From positions 864,001-928,000 of the forward strand of contig JBPOGI010000001.1 of assembly GCA_051251855.1 (NCBI GenBank): a stretch of DNA of 64,000 nucleotides. The letters run 5' to 3'. Shown here piece after piece: positions 48,500-59,150 of the stretch (within the stretch, counting starts at the first letter, position 1; each line of letters starts with the position of its first letter). The DNA comes from Roseibacillus sp. (GTDB lineage Bacteria; Verrucomicrobiota; Verrucomicrobiia; Verrucomicrobiales; Akkermansiaceae). The translations under genes were made by a program, and so were the position numbers. The notes below the pieces were generated by a model. That model was not told the origin of the DNA and did not search any database. It saw only the letters and a list, made by a program, of their open reading frames with translations.

Positions 48500-49432
48500 A
48501 TGAGCAACTTTGACGTCGAGCGGTCCAATCTGATCGGGAAACCAGTGGAAGAGGTCTATGCAACGGTGCGGGACTTTAAAACCTGGCCCATGTGGTCCCC
48601 TTGGTTGTGTGCCGAGCCGAATTGTCCGTTGGAGTTTTCTCCGGATGGCAAAGCCTATTCTTGGGATGGTGAAATTGTGGGGGCGGGTGAGATGAAAGTG
48701 GTCGCTGAGCGCGAGAACGAATTTATCGAATACGAGCTGACGATGACGAAGCCTTGGAAGTCGGTTTCGAAAGTGCGCTTCCAATTTGGCCGTGAAGGCG
48801 ATCGGACGCGGGTGACCTGGTTAATGAGTAGCAGTCTTCCTTTCTTCCTTTTTTGGATGAAGGGAATGATGACTTCGGCGATTGGAATGGATTACAAGCG
48901 AGGTTTGGCGATGTTGAAAGATTTCATTCAGAAGGGGTCGGTGCCGTCAGCATTGGAGTTTGAGGGGTCAGGTAAGTTCGAGGGATTCGCCTACGTTGGG
49001 ATTAAGACGAACTGTCCGATCTCTAGTATTGCTGAGAAAATGGAGGCGGATTTGCATCGCCTCAGAAAATGGGTGCAGGACCAGCATATTACTCCAAGTG
49101 GAACGCCGCTTTCAATCTATCACAAGTGGTCGCTCACACAGGGAACCACTACCTACACGATTGCCTTTCCCGTGGACAAGGTTCCCGGTTGGCTGCCTGA
49201 GGACTTTGTCTCGGGTAAGATTCCGACCTGTCAGGTGCAGCGGATTCGGCACACGGGCTCCTACTTGCATCTTGGTAATGCTTGGTCTGCCGGAATGGCT
49301 TCAATTCGTGCGAAAAAGTGGAAGAGCCGCAGAGGGATTCATCCTTTTGAAACTTATGACAATGACCCAAGCGAGGTCGCGGAGGAAGAACTGGTAGCGA
49401 CGGTTCATTTTCCCATGGCAGAAGGGAAATAG
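48500..49432 (+). CDS. SRPBCC (START-like) plus GyrI-like domain protein
   Basis: W..WSPW, W.G..VG.G and IG.DY.RGL..LK, followed by a GyrI-like HTGSY.HL..AW and FE.Y.NDP. Confidence 0.85.
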   Translation: MSNFDVERSNLIGKPVEEVYATVRDFKTWPMWSPWLCAEPNCPLEFSPDGKAYSWDGEIVGAGEMKVVAERENEFIEYELTMTKPWKSVSKVRFQFGREGDRTRVTWLMSSSLPFFLFWMKGMMTSAIGMDYKRGLAMLKDFIQKGSVPSALEFEGSGKFEGFAYVGIKTNCPISSIAEKMEADLHRLRKWVQDQHITPSGTPLSIYHKWSLTQGTTTYTIAFPVDKVPGWLPEDFVSGKIPTCQVQRIRHTGSYLHLGNAWSAGMASIRAKKWKSRRGIHPFETYDNDPSEVAEEELVATVHFPMAEGK

Positions 49433-49440
49433 TGGGGGGC

Positions 49441-52400
49441 TTAATAGTCGTAGTCCCACTTGTCGTTCTTGTAGGTGATTGTGACAGACTTGTCGAAACT
49501 AGTGCAGAGTGGGCAGATGCCTACTTCGCCGAAAACACGCCCTTTGCCGGAGAAGTTAAAGTCGTTGCCGACTTTGGCGCCGATGAGAGTGATCTCACCG
49601 CCAACTTCTACCGCACAAAGAGCGCGTCCTGATGCTCCCACAAGCATTTTGCCACCCACGGTGGGGCCTTCGGCAAAGACGAAGACTCCCACACCAGCTT
49701 TCGCGCTGAGACTGAAAAGACACCCGTAATTAATGATGGGGATTTGTGCCTCGCCGTAAGCGTAAATCCCGGTGAAGGGAGGGTCTCCCAAAACGGCTGC
49801 GACTTCTGGATCGACGAGAATGAGAGGGTCCAGGCTGCAGGTGCGGCCAAAGAAGACTCCACCTGCAAGAGCGTAGTCGTCGAATTCGAGCCCAACCTTG
49901 GCGGCCATGTAGTTTTCATCGATTCCAAACATGGCAGCTGCACCTAGGGAGGTGATTTTCATGGCTTCGAAGTTGAGTTCGCCTCCGGTCATTTCGATGG
50001 AACCTCCCATACCACGGAGGGAGAATCCGTCGGTGGTGGAGAAGGTGAATTTGGTTTCGACGTCGAAACGGGGTTCGCCACCGAGGAAGCGGGCGGGGAT
50101 ATCGACCGCTCCCATTTTGACTTCAGCGGCGTAGCCTCCGTCGGCGTCGAAGCTACAGACGTCGCTGCCAAGGGAGTCGAGTTGGTTGATTTCGAGGTAG
50201 CCGGCGATATTGAACTCGTCGGGGAGCTGGAGTTCAATCTCGGCATCGAGCCGGAGGTGACGAAGGGCGTCGCCATTGATGTGAGCATAGCCATCAATTT
50301 TTCCAGCCGCTCCCACGCTGGCAAGCTCGTCGAGCATACCTTGGAGGCCGGAGTCGATGGGGAGAACGTCTTCTACCAACTCGGTGAGCATGCGGTTGAG
50401 CTGGGAGAAGCCGGAGGAGATGGCTTCGTTGAGAGAGTCGTTGAGATCGTAGAGATAGGTGACGAGAGTGAGGCGGATCTTCCCTATAAGACTGGAGGCG
50501 TCGAATTGGTCGCGGAGGGCGATTCGGAAAAGTTCTTTCACCTCCTCTTCACTGTATTCGTCGAAATCCACATTGTTGAGGAACTGTTCGGCAACAAGTT
50601 TGACGCTGTTGAGCATGGTGTAGATCTCGGCGCTGTTTTCATTAAACTTGTCGTCCAGCACGTTGAAGATGGTGAGATCCGTGCGGAGGTCGCCAATGGT
50701 GTTGTGGACGTCCATCAGAGTGTTCTTAATGGCTTCTAAGGAAGGGGCGACTTCGGCGAGAGCGGCATTGAGTTCGTCTTCGACCTCGTTCAAGAGCGCG
50801 CCTGCGGCAGCGTTGAGCACGGCAGAAAGATTGTCCGAGATGTCGGGCGCCAGCTCTTCTAGAAGGGCGATGACGAGGACTTTTGCAATTTCATAGCCAA
50901 GTTCGTCGGGGGTGCCGTCGTTGTTAGAGTCGGTGCGGGCAAAGATACCTTCCGCCAAAGAGTTGCCTGCGGAGGCAACCGCTTCTTCGGGGAAGGTCAA
51001 AGTGGGATTATTGAGGACGACCTCGCCGCTGCTATCGAGTTCAACCTGTCCAATGATGGAGCGAATGCCGGCTTGGAGATGGGCGAGGGAGTCGTCGACG
51101 GAGCGGGCGAGCGATGTCGAGTCGGTGGGAGAACCGACGAGACCGAGAATGCTATCGTAGATGGGGCCGGTGCCACTTTGATTGGCGTAAGTATCAATGG
51201 CGTTTTGAAAGGCCACTGGGTCAGTCCCTGCGGCAGCGAGGGCGTTGTAGAAATCGTCGATGACGGGGTCAACGTTGGAGGCAAACAGTTCGTCAAAGAG
51301 CTCGTCGAGGCGGTCATTGAGAAGGCTTTCGCCGGCGTCGAGTCCACCGATGAGAACGTCGGTGAGTTCGCCGGAGAGGCTTTGGGTGAGGGCTTCTAGA
51401 ACTCCCGTGGATTCATCGAGGGCGTTGAGGGCGAGCGAGGAAAGGTTGATTTCAGGGATTCCTAGGTCGAGAGAGGCTCCGAAATCGAGTTCGGCATTTT
51501 CTGCCGATAGATAGAGGAGCTCGTTCTCGGTGGTGATCACCATCAGGTCATTGGTTTTAGGTGCAATGGACTTGAAGGATCGGCTGGCGGTAGACCATTG
51601 CAGGGCGTAGTCGAAGTTGACGACGTTGAGCCAATCGTGGATGGCGTGGACTTGGTGTTCGGAGTTGGTGGTGTCTCTGTATTCTTGGAGGCTGCCGGTG
51701 GCGGGTCGGCCTCGGTTGTCGATATCGAAAAATTCGGAGGTCTCAGCTCGCTCGTTGTTTTCGAGCCAGCCGGCGGTCAGGTGGATGAGGTCGGTCTCGT
51801 GTCCAGGAGTGTCAGGGGCTTTCGCGCCGGTCTGAAGGTGGACGACGGGGCTTTCGAAAAAGGCGACATCCAGTTGGCCGAAGAAGTTCAGTTGCCCCAC
51901 GTTGGGGTTAAGTGGATCGGTGGGAGGCTCAGCAAGATCGTAGTTGTCGAAGTAGGCGTTGGTGATGGGGGTGAAGTGGTATTGTTCTTCACCAGGGCCA
52001 TTGATATAGGCATTGCTCACTAGGCTGAGCCGCGAGTCCACTGCTTCAGGTCCTGTCCCGTCGTCCGAGTCTTTGAGTGTGGTCAGGTTGCCGTCAGCTT
52101 TGAAACCGAGTTTGCCCGCGAGTTGACTTGAGAAGTTTGAAGCGGAAGCGGTAACGCCGAGGGTCAGGTAGGCTTCGGAGGGGTCGCACTCGCCTCCTGC
52201 GGGAGGTTCGAATTGAGCCGCGCTGGCGACGAAGGGAGCTTGCCAATAGTTGAGGGAACTCTCGAGGGTTCCGCCATCGATTTCGGCGGTGGTGAGCGCT
52301 CCGAGGCAGTTGAGATAAAGGGGGTCGAAGTCCAAGGTGAACTCGGAAGGGTAAGGGACGTCCATGCTGCCGGCGGTGATGGAGTCATGGACTTCGCTGG

Positions 52401-54891
52401 AGAGGAAGGAGAAGCCGAAGGCGGTGAAGTCGAAATCGTAGCCGTAGATTTGGACAGGACCGGTGAAGGGGTTGCTGGTGGGTTCATGAATACCGCTAAC
52501 GCCGGAGAGTCGAGCGTAATATTTAGCACGGTTTCCGAGGGTATAAGTTGGGCTGGTTGTTCCTCCGATGGTGCTGATGGCGGAGACGGTCGAAGTTTCG
52601 TCGGCGACCCGGAAGTTCATCCCGGGATAGTCTGCGAGTCCGTCGAGGTATTCGGGAGAGCCGGGGCGTTCGTCGATGGTGGTGTCGGTGGGTGAGAACC
52701 CTGAGCTGAGGATGCGACCGGGTCCGTTCCTGACATCGAGTCCGTATTCGGTTCCCGAGAGAAAGTGGCCAGCCATGAGGAAGCGTCCCTTACCAAAGAC
52801 GGTGGTGTCGTGAGCGTAGGTGAGATTGGGTGGGGCTGTGGAGAGGGCATCGATGTATCCCAGCACGAGATCGCGGCGGGAGCTTTGTTGGATAATGTTT
52901 CCTCCCACGGAGAGACCGCCATCGAGGGTGAAGGCGAGGTCGTCGGTAGGATTGATTTTTGTATTGGCAAAACCAACAGTCCCGCAACCAAGAGCGGCAG
53001 CATCCGCGCAATCACGCGCATAAGGGAGTGCGAGGTTGGAAGGGTTTTCGAGGGCGCTGGAAGCAGGGACGGGGAGGTCGTCCTCGATAACGAGAATGCT
53101 GGGGTCGGCCCAGGCAACGAAGGCGGCGTAGGGGAAATGGCTGTGGAAATCGCCAGGATCGAAGTCGAGTTCGATGGTCAGCTCGGCGGTGCCGAGATTG
53201 GAGGGTTCGATTTTGGGAGTTGGAAGCTGAGCCGTCACTCCAGCAACGTGCTTGTAGTAGTTTTCGTTGGAGAGGTAGACCTTGTCGGCCGCAGGAAGGG
53301 GCGAGGACGCAAGGATCTGTTCCTCCTGCTCGCGAAGGTATTGCACGGTGATGGCTCCCCAGGGTTTGATGACGCCGTTGGCAATTTCCCAAAGAATGGT
53401 GTCTGAGGTGACTTCGATGGGTTTTGTTTCCTCGACGAGAGTGAACGTTCCTCCGCCACCGGGAGTGAAGAGGATATTGTTGGTGGTGGGCTCAAGGTCG
53501 TCTGTCATTAAGCGAACGCCCGAATTTAGAGTAGATTTGTAGACGCGGCGTTTCACGTTTCCGAGCGATTCGGTGTGAACTCCCAAGCCGGTCGGGAGAA
53601 TAAGACCGATGTCGGCATGGACTCCGTTGCCATCGAAATACATGTCAGAGCGAGTGAAGCGGATTTGGTTGATGGTCCCAGTAAGACCTTGCAGAGGAAT
53701 CTCGATATCGATGGGGGTGGTGGTGTCGATGAACTCGGCGTGGCCATCGTCGTAGAGGTCAACAAAGTTGGTATTGGTTCCGGCGAAGGTGTAGTTGGGA
53801 AATCCTGCGATGGAGCCGGTGGGTGAATCGATGATGGTGACGAGGTGATCGACATCGAAGAGATCTTGGACTTCGCTATCGTCGTTACCGAGCGAGTCCA
53901 TGATGAGGTTGACGGTGTTGCCGTCATTTTCTCCAATGAGAGTACCGTTAAAGTGATGGAGGGTTTCGTTACTGGATTTTTCGTTTTTCTCGTCGTCGCG
54001 GTTGGAGCCGGTGGATTCTTGGTGGGAAAGGCTGACGGAGATAAAGTATTTCTTGGAAGCGCTTGCGAGCTGAGTGTCGGGTTTGAATGTGAAGACCTTG
54101 TTCACGGCTTTGCTTTCGGGTTCCTGAATGGCGCCATTGAGGGTGAATTCGGAAAGGTTTCGGTTGAAAAGTTCTTCGTCGAAGGCGGTCGCTATCACGG
54201 TGTTGGTTCCTTGTTCACGGAGCTCATAAGTGAGCCTGAGGGCGATGGAGTCCGCTCCAGGCGAAGCGGCGAGAAAGTTGTCGTAGCGGTGAAGGAGGAA
54301 GTGGGCTCTGACTTCGAATTCTTGTTGAGCAGGATCGAGGGCGGTTTGTAAGGACCAGCGTCGGATCCAGTCTATGGAGGTGACTTCTGCGATCACGTTG
54401 ACTGCGGCATCGGTGTCGACGGTGTTTTCAAAGTGGAGGAACTGCTGGGCGGCGGAATCGAGGGAGTCTTGGAGACTGGCAGAACCTCCGATGTTTTCCT
54501 GAAGGCCAGCCCGGATGTAGTAGTTCTTCCACGGAACAAGGGTGACGGTGGGGGTGACTTTGATGTTCCGAACTTCGGAAGTGTAACCAGTGACGGCATT
54601 GACTGAAAAAGGAGTGCCAATGAACTCTTCTACGAGGGCGTTGGTTCCTGCCTCGCGAATTTGCAGGTCGATGCGGTAATCGGTGGACTCACCGGCAAGG
54701 ACATTAGTCTTGTATTTGAAGGCGACGTCGGTGCTGATTTGGTCGCGCTCGAAGCCTGGGTCGGTCCGATTTGCGTCGGAGGCTAGGACGAAGGAGCCAC
54801 TAATGATGGTGACGGCGGTGATCTCTTCGGTGACCGTTGCTTGAGCGGCGGCGGTGTAGAGAAGGCAGAGAAGGATGGATAGGCGTTTCAT
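49441..54891 (-). CDS. Large secreted hypothetical protein (1816 aa)
   Basis: Clean signal peptide (MKRLSILLCLLYTAAAQA), uninterrupted ORF with strong codon bias. Acidic and beta-rich with a helical central region. No family recognised. Confidence 0.85.
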   Translation of the reverse strand: MKRLSILLCLLYTAAAQATVTEEITAVTIISGSFVLASDANRTDPGFERDQISTDVAFKYKTNVLAGESTDYRIDLQIREAGTNALVEEFIGTPFSVNAVTGYTSEVRNIKVTPTVTLVPWKNYYIRAGLQENIGGSASLQDSLDSAAQQFLHFENTVDTDAAVNVIAEVTSIDWIRRWSLQTALDPAQQEFEVRAHFLLHRYDNFLAASPGADSIALRLTYELREQGTNTVIATAFDEELFNRNLSEFTLNGAIQEPESKAVNKVFTFKPDTQLASASKKYFISVSLSHQESTGSNRDDEKNEKSSNETLHHFNGTLIGENDGNTVNLIMDSLGNDDSEVQDLFDVDHLVTIIDSPTGSIAGFPNYTFAGTNTNFVDLYDDGHAEFIDTTTPIDIEIPLQGLTGTINQIRFTRSDMYFDGNGVHADIGLILPTGLGVHTESLGNVKRRVYKSTLNSGVRLMTDDLEPTTNNILFTPGGGGTFTLVEETKPIEVTSDTILWEIANGVIKPWGAITVQYLREQEEQILASSPLPAADKVYLSNENYYKHVAGVTAQLPTPKIEPSNLGTAELTIELDFDPGDFHSHFPYAAFVAWADPSILVIEDDLPVPASSALENPSNLALPYARDCADAAALGCGTVGFANTKINPTDDLAFTLDGGLSVGGNIIQQSSRRDLVLGYIDALSTAPPNLTYAHDTTVFGKGRFLMAGHFLSGTEYGLDVRNGPGRILSSGFSPTDTTIDERPGSPEYLDGLADYPGMNFRVADETSTVSAISTIGGTTSPTYTLGNRAKYYARLSGVSGIHEPTSNPFTGPVQIYGYDFDFTAFGFSFLSSEVHDSITAGSMDVPYPSEFTLDFDPLYLNCLGALTTAEIDGGTLESSLNYWQAPFVASAAQFEPPAGGECDPSEAYLTLGVTASASNFSSQLAGKLGFKADGNLTTLKDSDDGTGPEAVDSRLSLVSNAYINGPGEEQYHFTPITNAYFDNYDLAEPPTDPLNPNVGQLNFFGQLDVAFFESPVVHLQTGAKAPDTPGHETDLIHLTAGWLENNERAETSEFFDIDNRGRPATGSLQEYRDTTNSEHQVHAIHDWLNVVNFDYALQWSTASRSFKSIAPKTNDLMVITTENELLYLSAENAELDFGASLDLGIPEINLSSLALNALDESTGVLEALTQSLSGELTDVLIGGLDAGESLLNDRLDELFDELFASNVDPVIDDFYNALAAAGTDPVAFQNAIDTYANQSGTGPIYDSILGLVGSPTDSTSLARSVDDSLAHLQAGIRSIIGQVELDSSGEVVLNNPTLTFPEEAVASAGNSLAEGIFARTDSNNDGTPDELGYEIAKVLVIALLEELAPDISDNLSAVLNAAAGALLNEVEDELNAALAEVAPSLEAIKNTLMDVHNTIGDLRTDLTIFNVLDDKFNENSAEIYTMLNSVKLVAEQFLNNVDFDEYSEEEVKELFRIALRDQFDASSLIGKIRLTLVTYLYDLNDSLNEAISSGFSQLNRMLTELVEDVLPIDSGLQGMLDELASVGAAGKIDGYAHINGDALRHLRLDAEIELQLPDEFNIAGYLEINQLDSLGSDVCSFDADGGYAAEVKMGAVDIPARFLGGEPRFDVETKFTFSTTDGFSLRGMGGSIEMTGGELNFEAMKITSLGAAAMFGIDENYMAAKVGLEFDDYALAGGVFFGRTCSLDPLILVDPEVAAVLGDPPFTGIYAYGEAQIPIINYGCLFSLSAKAGVGVFVFAEGPTVGGKMLVGASGRALCAVEVGGEITLIGAKVGNDFNFSGKGRVFGEVGICPLCTSFDKSVTITYKNDKWDYDY

Positions 54892-54992
54892 GGAAGTCCC
54901 GGTTGCAAGGGACTACCACGTGGCGCTGGCTTTCTGACAGCGAAGGGCAGAAAGTTTTCTAAATGGGGAAAACGGTTGGCTACTGAGGTGCC

Positions 54993-55859
54993 TTACGAGT
55001 GTAAGTTCTTGGCGGCAGCGGCTTCTTGCTTGGCAAGAATCTGCTTTTGGTAGCGGCTCTGCACAATATCGGTGAGGACGAGGACGGCGATCACGAAGTA
55101 GAAAGTCGTCTTAGTCATGGGCATGATGGGATTGCCGGCGATGTGAAGGTGGGCGAGGTGTCCGCCTTCGGTGAGGAGCATAATGCCGACGATGAAGAGG
55201 ACGAAAAGACCCAGGACTTCATACATGCGATTTTTCTGAAGGAAGGCCGCGACCCGATCTGCAAGCCAAATCATGAGAATGCCGCTGATGATGATGGCAA
55301 TGACCATGAGCTCAATACGTTGGTTTCCTGTGGCTTCGTCTTTGGCTAGGGCCATCGCAGAAAGAATGGAATCGAAGGAGAAGATGACGTTCATGGTGAC
55401 AATGAGACTCACCGTTTTCGCTACTGAGGCAGGCTTTTGACCGTCATGAGCCAGGTCATAAGTGCCTAGCATATGAAAAATTTCTTTCACGGCCGTGTAG
55501 AGGATAAAGGCTCCGCCAAAGAGAACGATGATGGCATGAAAGTTGAAGGTGCCATCGACGATGCTTTTAATAGTGGAACCTGTTTTTTCGGTCTCGATGC
55601 CATGATGAGTTGTCTCGGTTACAATATCGCTCCCAAGATGAATTCCAAAGATGGGGTCTTGGAACTTGGAAACTAGGGAGACCACGATGAAAAGCAGGAC
55701 AATCCGAAATCCGACGGCGAGACCGATACCCAAGCGTCGCACGAAGGCCTGCTTCTCGGGGGCGACTCGTTTGGACTCAAGAGAGATGTAAAGGAGGTTG
55801 TCGAAGCCGAGAACGGCCTGAAGCAAAATCAACAAGAAGAGGGTGATGACGTATTCCAT
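54993..55859 (-). CDS. TerC-family membrane protein
   Basis: LQAVLGFDNLLYI, G...A...RI.LL, GG.F...TA.KEI and FSFDSILSA motifs. Confidence 0.9.
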   Translation of the reverse strand: MEYVITLFLLILLQAVLGFDNLLYISLESKRVAPEKQAFVRRLGIGLAVGFRIVLLFIVVSLVSKFQDPIFGIHLGSDIVTETTHHGIETEKTGSTIKSIVDGTFNFHAIIVLFGGAFILYTAVKEIFHMLGTYDLAHDGQKPASVAKTVSLIVTMNVIFSFDSILSAMALAKDEATGNQRIELMVIAIIISGILMIWLADRVAAFLQKNRMYEVLGLFVLFIVGIMLLTEGGHLAHLHIAGNPIMPMTKTTFYFVIAVLVLTDIVQSRYQKQILAKQEAAAAKNLHS

Positions 55860-55983
55860 GCAAGCGATGCTAGAAAAATGCTACCGACTGGCAAGAAAAG
55901 GAACTGACTGTTATGTGTGCGCCTAATTAAGCCTTCCTTGAGACTCGACTTGAGCGTGGGTGAAGGGAAAATTGCACCACGAT

Positions 55984-56916
55984 ATGGATGAGACAATTTT
56001 GATTGCGGTGTTGATGGGAGGCCCTGGTTCTGAGCGAGACGTCTCTTTGGCTTCAGGAAAGGCTGTTTTGGAGGCTTTGCAGGAAGAGGGCTTGCAGGCG
56101 GTGGGAGTGGATGTGGTGGATACGACTCCGAAGCTGCCGGAAGGCACAGGTTTGGTATTTAATGTCATTCATGGGACATTTGGGGAGGACGGAGGTCTTC
56201 AGTCTTACTTAGAGGGGTTGGGCGTGCCTTACACAGGAGGTGGAGTAGACGACAGTCGCGTTGCCTTCGATAAGGCCTTGAGCAAGGAGGTGTTCTTGGA
56301 AAAAGGAGTGCCGACGCCTCATTCTGAGATTCTGGATGTGAGTGACGGGGCTAAGCTTCCTTCGATTCAAGTGCCGTTCGTAGTGAAGCCGCCGCGGGAG
56401 GGAAGTAGCGTTGGTATTGAGATTGTGAAGGATGCCGCTAAGGCACTGGCTGCGATTGAGCGGGGCGCAAAATTCAGTGATGACCTTCTTATTGAGGAAT
56501 TTGTGGAAGGGCGCGAACTGACTGTCGGGGTTCTAGATGGCGAGGTTTTGCCGGTGGTCGAAATTATTCCCCCTGATGGTGGAAGCTATGATTTCGCAAC
56601 GAAATATACGTGGTTGAGCGGTCAGAAGAACGCGAGTAATTACCTCTGTCCGGCCGAGATTACACCTGAAGAAACAGCGATTGTGCAGGCCGCTGCATTG
56701 AAAGCACACGAATCATTGCAGATTGGAGTTTACTCTCGGGTGGATGTTCTGCTAAATTCGTTAAGCAAACCTTACGTTTTAGAAGCCAATACTATTCCTG
56801 GAATGACAGCGAGTAGCCTTTTGCCCATGGGGGCCAAGGCTGCGGGCTATTCTTTCGGGGCCCTTTGCCGCCGTATCGCAGAGTTGTCTTGGCAAAAGCG
56901 CGGGGCGAAAGCTTAA
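55984..56916 (+). CDS. ddl: D-alanine--D-alanine ligase
   Basis: VLMGG.GSERDVSL.SG, HG.FGEDG, KP..EGSS.G, YDF..KY and LEANTIPGMT..SL.P. Confidence 0.96.
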   Translation: MDETILIAVLMGGPGSERDVSLASGKAVLEALQEEGLQAVGVDVVDTTPKLPEGTGLVFNVIHGTFGEDGGLQSYLEGLGVPYTGGGVDDSRVAFDKALSKEVFLEKGVPTPHSEILDVSDGAKLPSIQVPFVVKPPREGSSVGIEIVKDAAKALAAIERGAKFSDDLLIEEFVEGRELTVGVLDGEVLPVVEIIPPDGGSYDFATKYTWLSGQKNASNYLCPAEITPEETAIVQAAALKAHESLQIGVYSRVDVLLNSLSKPYVLEANTIPGMTASSLLPMGAKAAGYSFGALCRRIAELSWQKRGAKA

Positions 56917-56923
56917 GCCATTC

Positions 56924-57901
56924 ATGTCACGTAAACGAACCAGTCGGGTAAAAAAACAAGTCACCGGATCACGTGGGGTGAATCTACGTGCTAAGAGTGG
57001 GCGTGTGATGTGGTGTCGGACTAAGGCGAGCACGATGCGCGCAACGAAGTGGCTAGTGTTACTCCTGATTTTGGGGGTGGGTGTGGTTTTGGGTAGGTCG
57101 GCGATGCAGCGGGTCTTTTTAGATAGCGAAGAGTTTGCTTTGAAGAGTGTGGAGTTGTGGCAGTGGGAAGGTGAGGAAACTCCACGGTTGCTGAATCACA
57201 AACGTTTGACGGAGGTTACAGGCCTAGACCCTCGGGCGAGTATTTTTTCTTTCCAGCTCAATCAATTGGAAGAGGAGCTTGAAGCCTTGCCAGAGGTGAA
57301 GAGGGTGAGAGCAACAAGGCGCCTACCTGATGTATTGCGCATTCGGGTCGAAGAGCGTGAGCCTGTGGCTTGGATTGAGTCTCCTATGCAGCGAATCAAA
57401 GGGCGGAGTTTTAAGTATGGGATGTTGGTTGATGGCGAGGGGTTTTGCTTCCGGCCGACAGATGCAATGTTTGAGGTGGTGAACGATTTGCCTGTGATAA
57501 CGACTGGTGAACGAGGTGAGGGGGATTTTGTTGCGGGAACGAAAGCGGATGGACGTGAGTTTTTAAGAGCATTAGAATTGGTGAAGCTCTCTAAGCGTTA
57601 TCTTGGTGAGGCTGGATGGAGTTTGCCGGCGATTGGCCTTCGTAATGAGTTTTCGCTGTTGGCTAAGACTCATACGGGAACTGTCGTGACCTTTGGCTTG
57701 TATGAGCATGAGCGTCAGCTGGAAGACCTCCTCTTGATTCTCGATCACGCTCGCAAGACTTCACGTGGTGTGAAGCGTGTGAACTTAATTCCAGAACGAA
57801 ATATTCCAGTGGTGTTCGCTAATGCGAACGGAGAGAATGTGCTAGAGGTGTCGAATTCACCTCTAGAAAGCAGTTTAGATTCAATTTTGACTCGTAGCTA
57901 A
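56924..57901 (+). CDS. ftsQ: Cell division protein FtsQ/DivIB
   Basis: Basic N-terminal tail, one TM helix, POTRA motif LP.V..V...R.LPD.L.I.V.ER.P. Lies between ddl and ftsA. Confidence 0.88.
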   Translation: MSRKRTSRVKKQVTGSRGVNLRAKSGRVMWCRTKASTMRATKWLVLLLILGVGVVLGRSAMQRVFLDSEEFALKSVELWQWEGEETPRLLNHKRLTEVTGLDPRASIFSFQLNQLEEELEALPEVKRVRATRRLPDVLRIRVEEREPVAWIESPMQRIKGRSFKYGMLVDGEGFCFRPTDAMFEVVNDLPVITTGERGEGDFVAGTKADGREFLRALELVKLSKRYLGEAGWSLPAIGLRNEFSLLAKTHTGTVVTFGLYEHERQLEDLLLILDHARKTSRGVKRVNLIPERNIPVVFANANGENVLEVSNSPLESSLDSILTRS

Positions 57902-57906
57902 AAGAA

Positions 57907-59121
57907 ATGGCAAAGACTCGTATTCATGTTGGTTTGGAGATTGGCACCACCAAGACGGTGATGGTGGTTGCAGAGGTGAAACCAGATGGATCGGTAAAGA
58001 TTCTGGGCGTTGGAGAAGGAAAAACAGCGGGCGTTCGTAAGGGCGAAATCGCTGATTTTCTTCAGGTGAAGGCTTGTGTGAAGTCGGCTTTGCTCGAAGC
58101 GGAAGATGCGAGTGATGTTGAAATCAATAGTGTCTTTTTGGCTGTGACCGGCAGTCATATTCAGGGAGTGAATAATGTGGGAACGTTTCGTTTACCAGAT
58201 AACGAGAAAGAAGTGGCCCAAGAGCATGTTGAGGAGGTAAAGGAGATTGCTGCTGATCTGCAATTGCCGGCAGAGCATGTTTATCTCCATAATCTCGTTC
58301 GCCATTTTAACTTGGATGGTCAGCAGCACGCAAATAGCCCAGTGGGTTTGATTGGGCGGACGCTGGAGGCTGATTTTCATATCGTGCATGGGATGGAGAC
58401 GCGGATTCAGAATTCGATCAAGTGTGTGCGGGAGACGCCTTTGGATGTAGACGATGTTGTCTTTGGACCTGTGGCTTCAGCTCAGATTGCGTTGACTAAA
58501 TCGCGGAAGGAAGCTGGGGCGATGGTGATCGATATTGGAGGTGGAACTACCGACTACATTCTTTATCTCGAAGGTGCAATTGCGGCTTCGGGATGCGTGC
58601 CTGTGGGGGGAGATCATATCACTAACGATATTCACCTCGTGACTCATATCCCGCTGTCGAAGTCCGAGAAGATTAAGGTCAATGAGGCTGATGTATCGGG
58701 AGACCCGGCTAAGTCTGTGGGGACCGTTAAAATTACCGACGATAAGGGCTTTCCGGACGTTGAAGTTCAGCGACAGGAGTTGAATGATGTTGCCCGTTGG
58801 CGTCTCGAAGAGACTTTTGAGATCGTGAAGGGCAAGTTGCCCGAAGGCTGGAAAGAGCAGGTCGGAACCGGGGTGTTCTTAACAGGGGGAACGAGTTTGA
58901 TGAACGGTATTGGTGAATTGGCTTGTGAGGTCTTTGGCTTGCCTGTTTATCGTCCGGAGCGCCCTGAGGTCAGTGGAGTTCATGCCTATTTCAAAGACCC
59001 CCAGTATTCCACTGCGCTAGGTCTGATTCGTTATGCTCAGATTCTAGATGAAGAGCGTCCTGAAAAGGGTGGTGGAATTGGGACCTTCTTTAAGGCCTTG
59101 TTGCCTTTTGGGCATCGATAG
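57907..59121 (+). CDS. ftsA: Cell division protein FtsA
   Basis: GLEIGTTK, GVRKG.I, IDIGGGTT, GGDHIT.DI, LTGGTS, P.YSTA.GL and an amphipathic C-terminal tail. Confidence 0.96.
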   Translation: MAKTRIHVGLEIGTTKTVMVVAEVKPDGSVKILGVGEGKTAGVRKGEIADFLQVKACVKSALLEAEDASDVEINSVFLAVTGSHIQGVNNVGTFRLPDNEKEVAQEHVEEVKEIAADLQLPAEHVYLHNLVRHFNLDGQQHANSPVGLIGRTLEADFHIVHGMETRIQNSIKCVRETPLDVDDVVFGPVASAQIALTKSRKEAGAMVIDIGGGTTDYILYLEGAIAASGCVPVGGDHITNDIHLVTHIPLSKSEKIKVNEADVSGDPAKSVGTVKITDDKGFPDVEVQRQELNDVARWRLEETFEIVKGKLPEGWKEQVGTGVFLTGGTSLMNGIGELACEVFGLPVYRPERPEVSGVHAYFKDPQYSTALGLIRYAQILDEERPEKGGGIGTFFKALLPFGHR

Positions 59122-59150
59122 CCGGTCTTACGCGGCCAGCTCAAGAGGTT

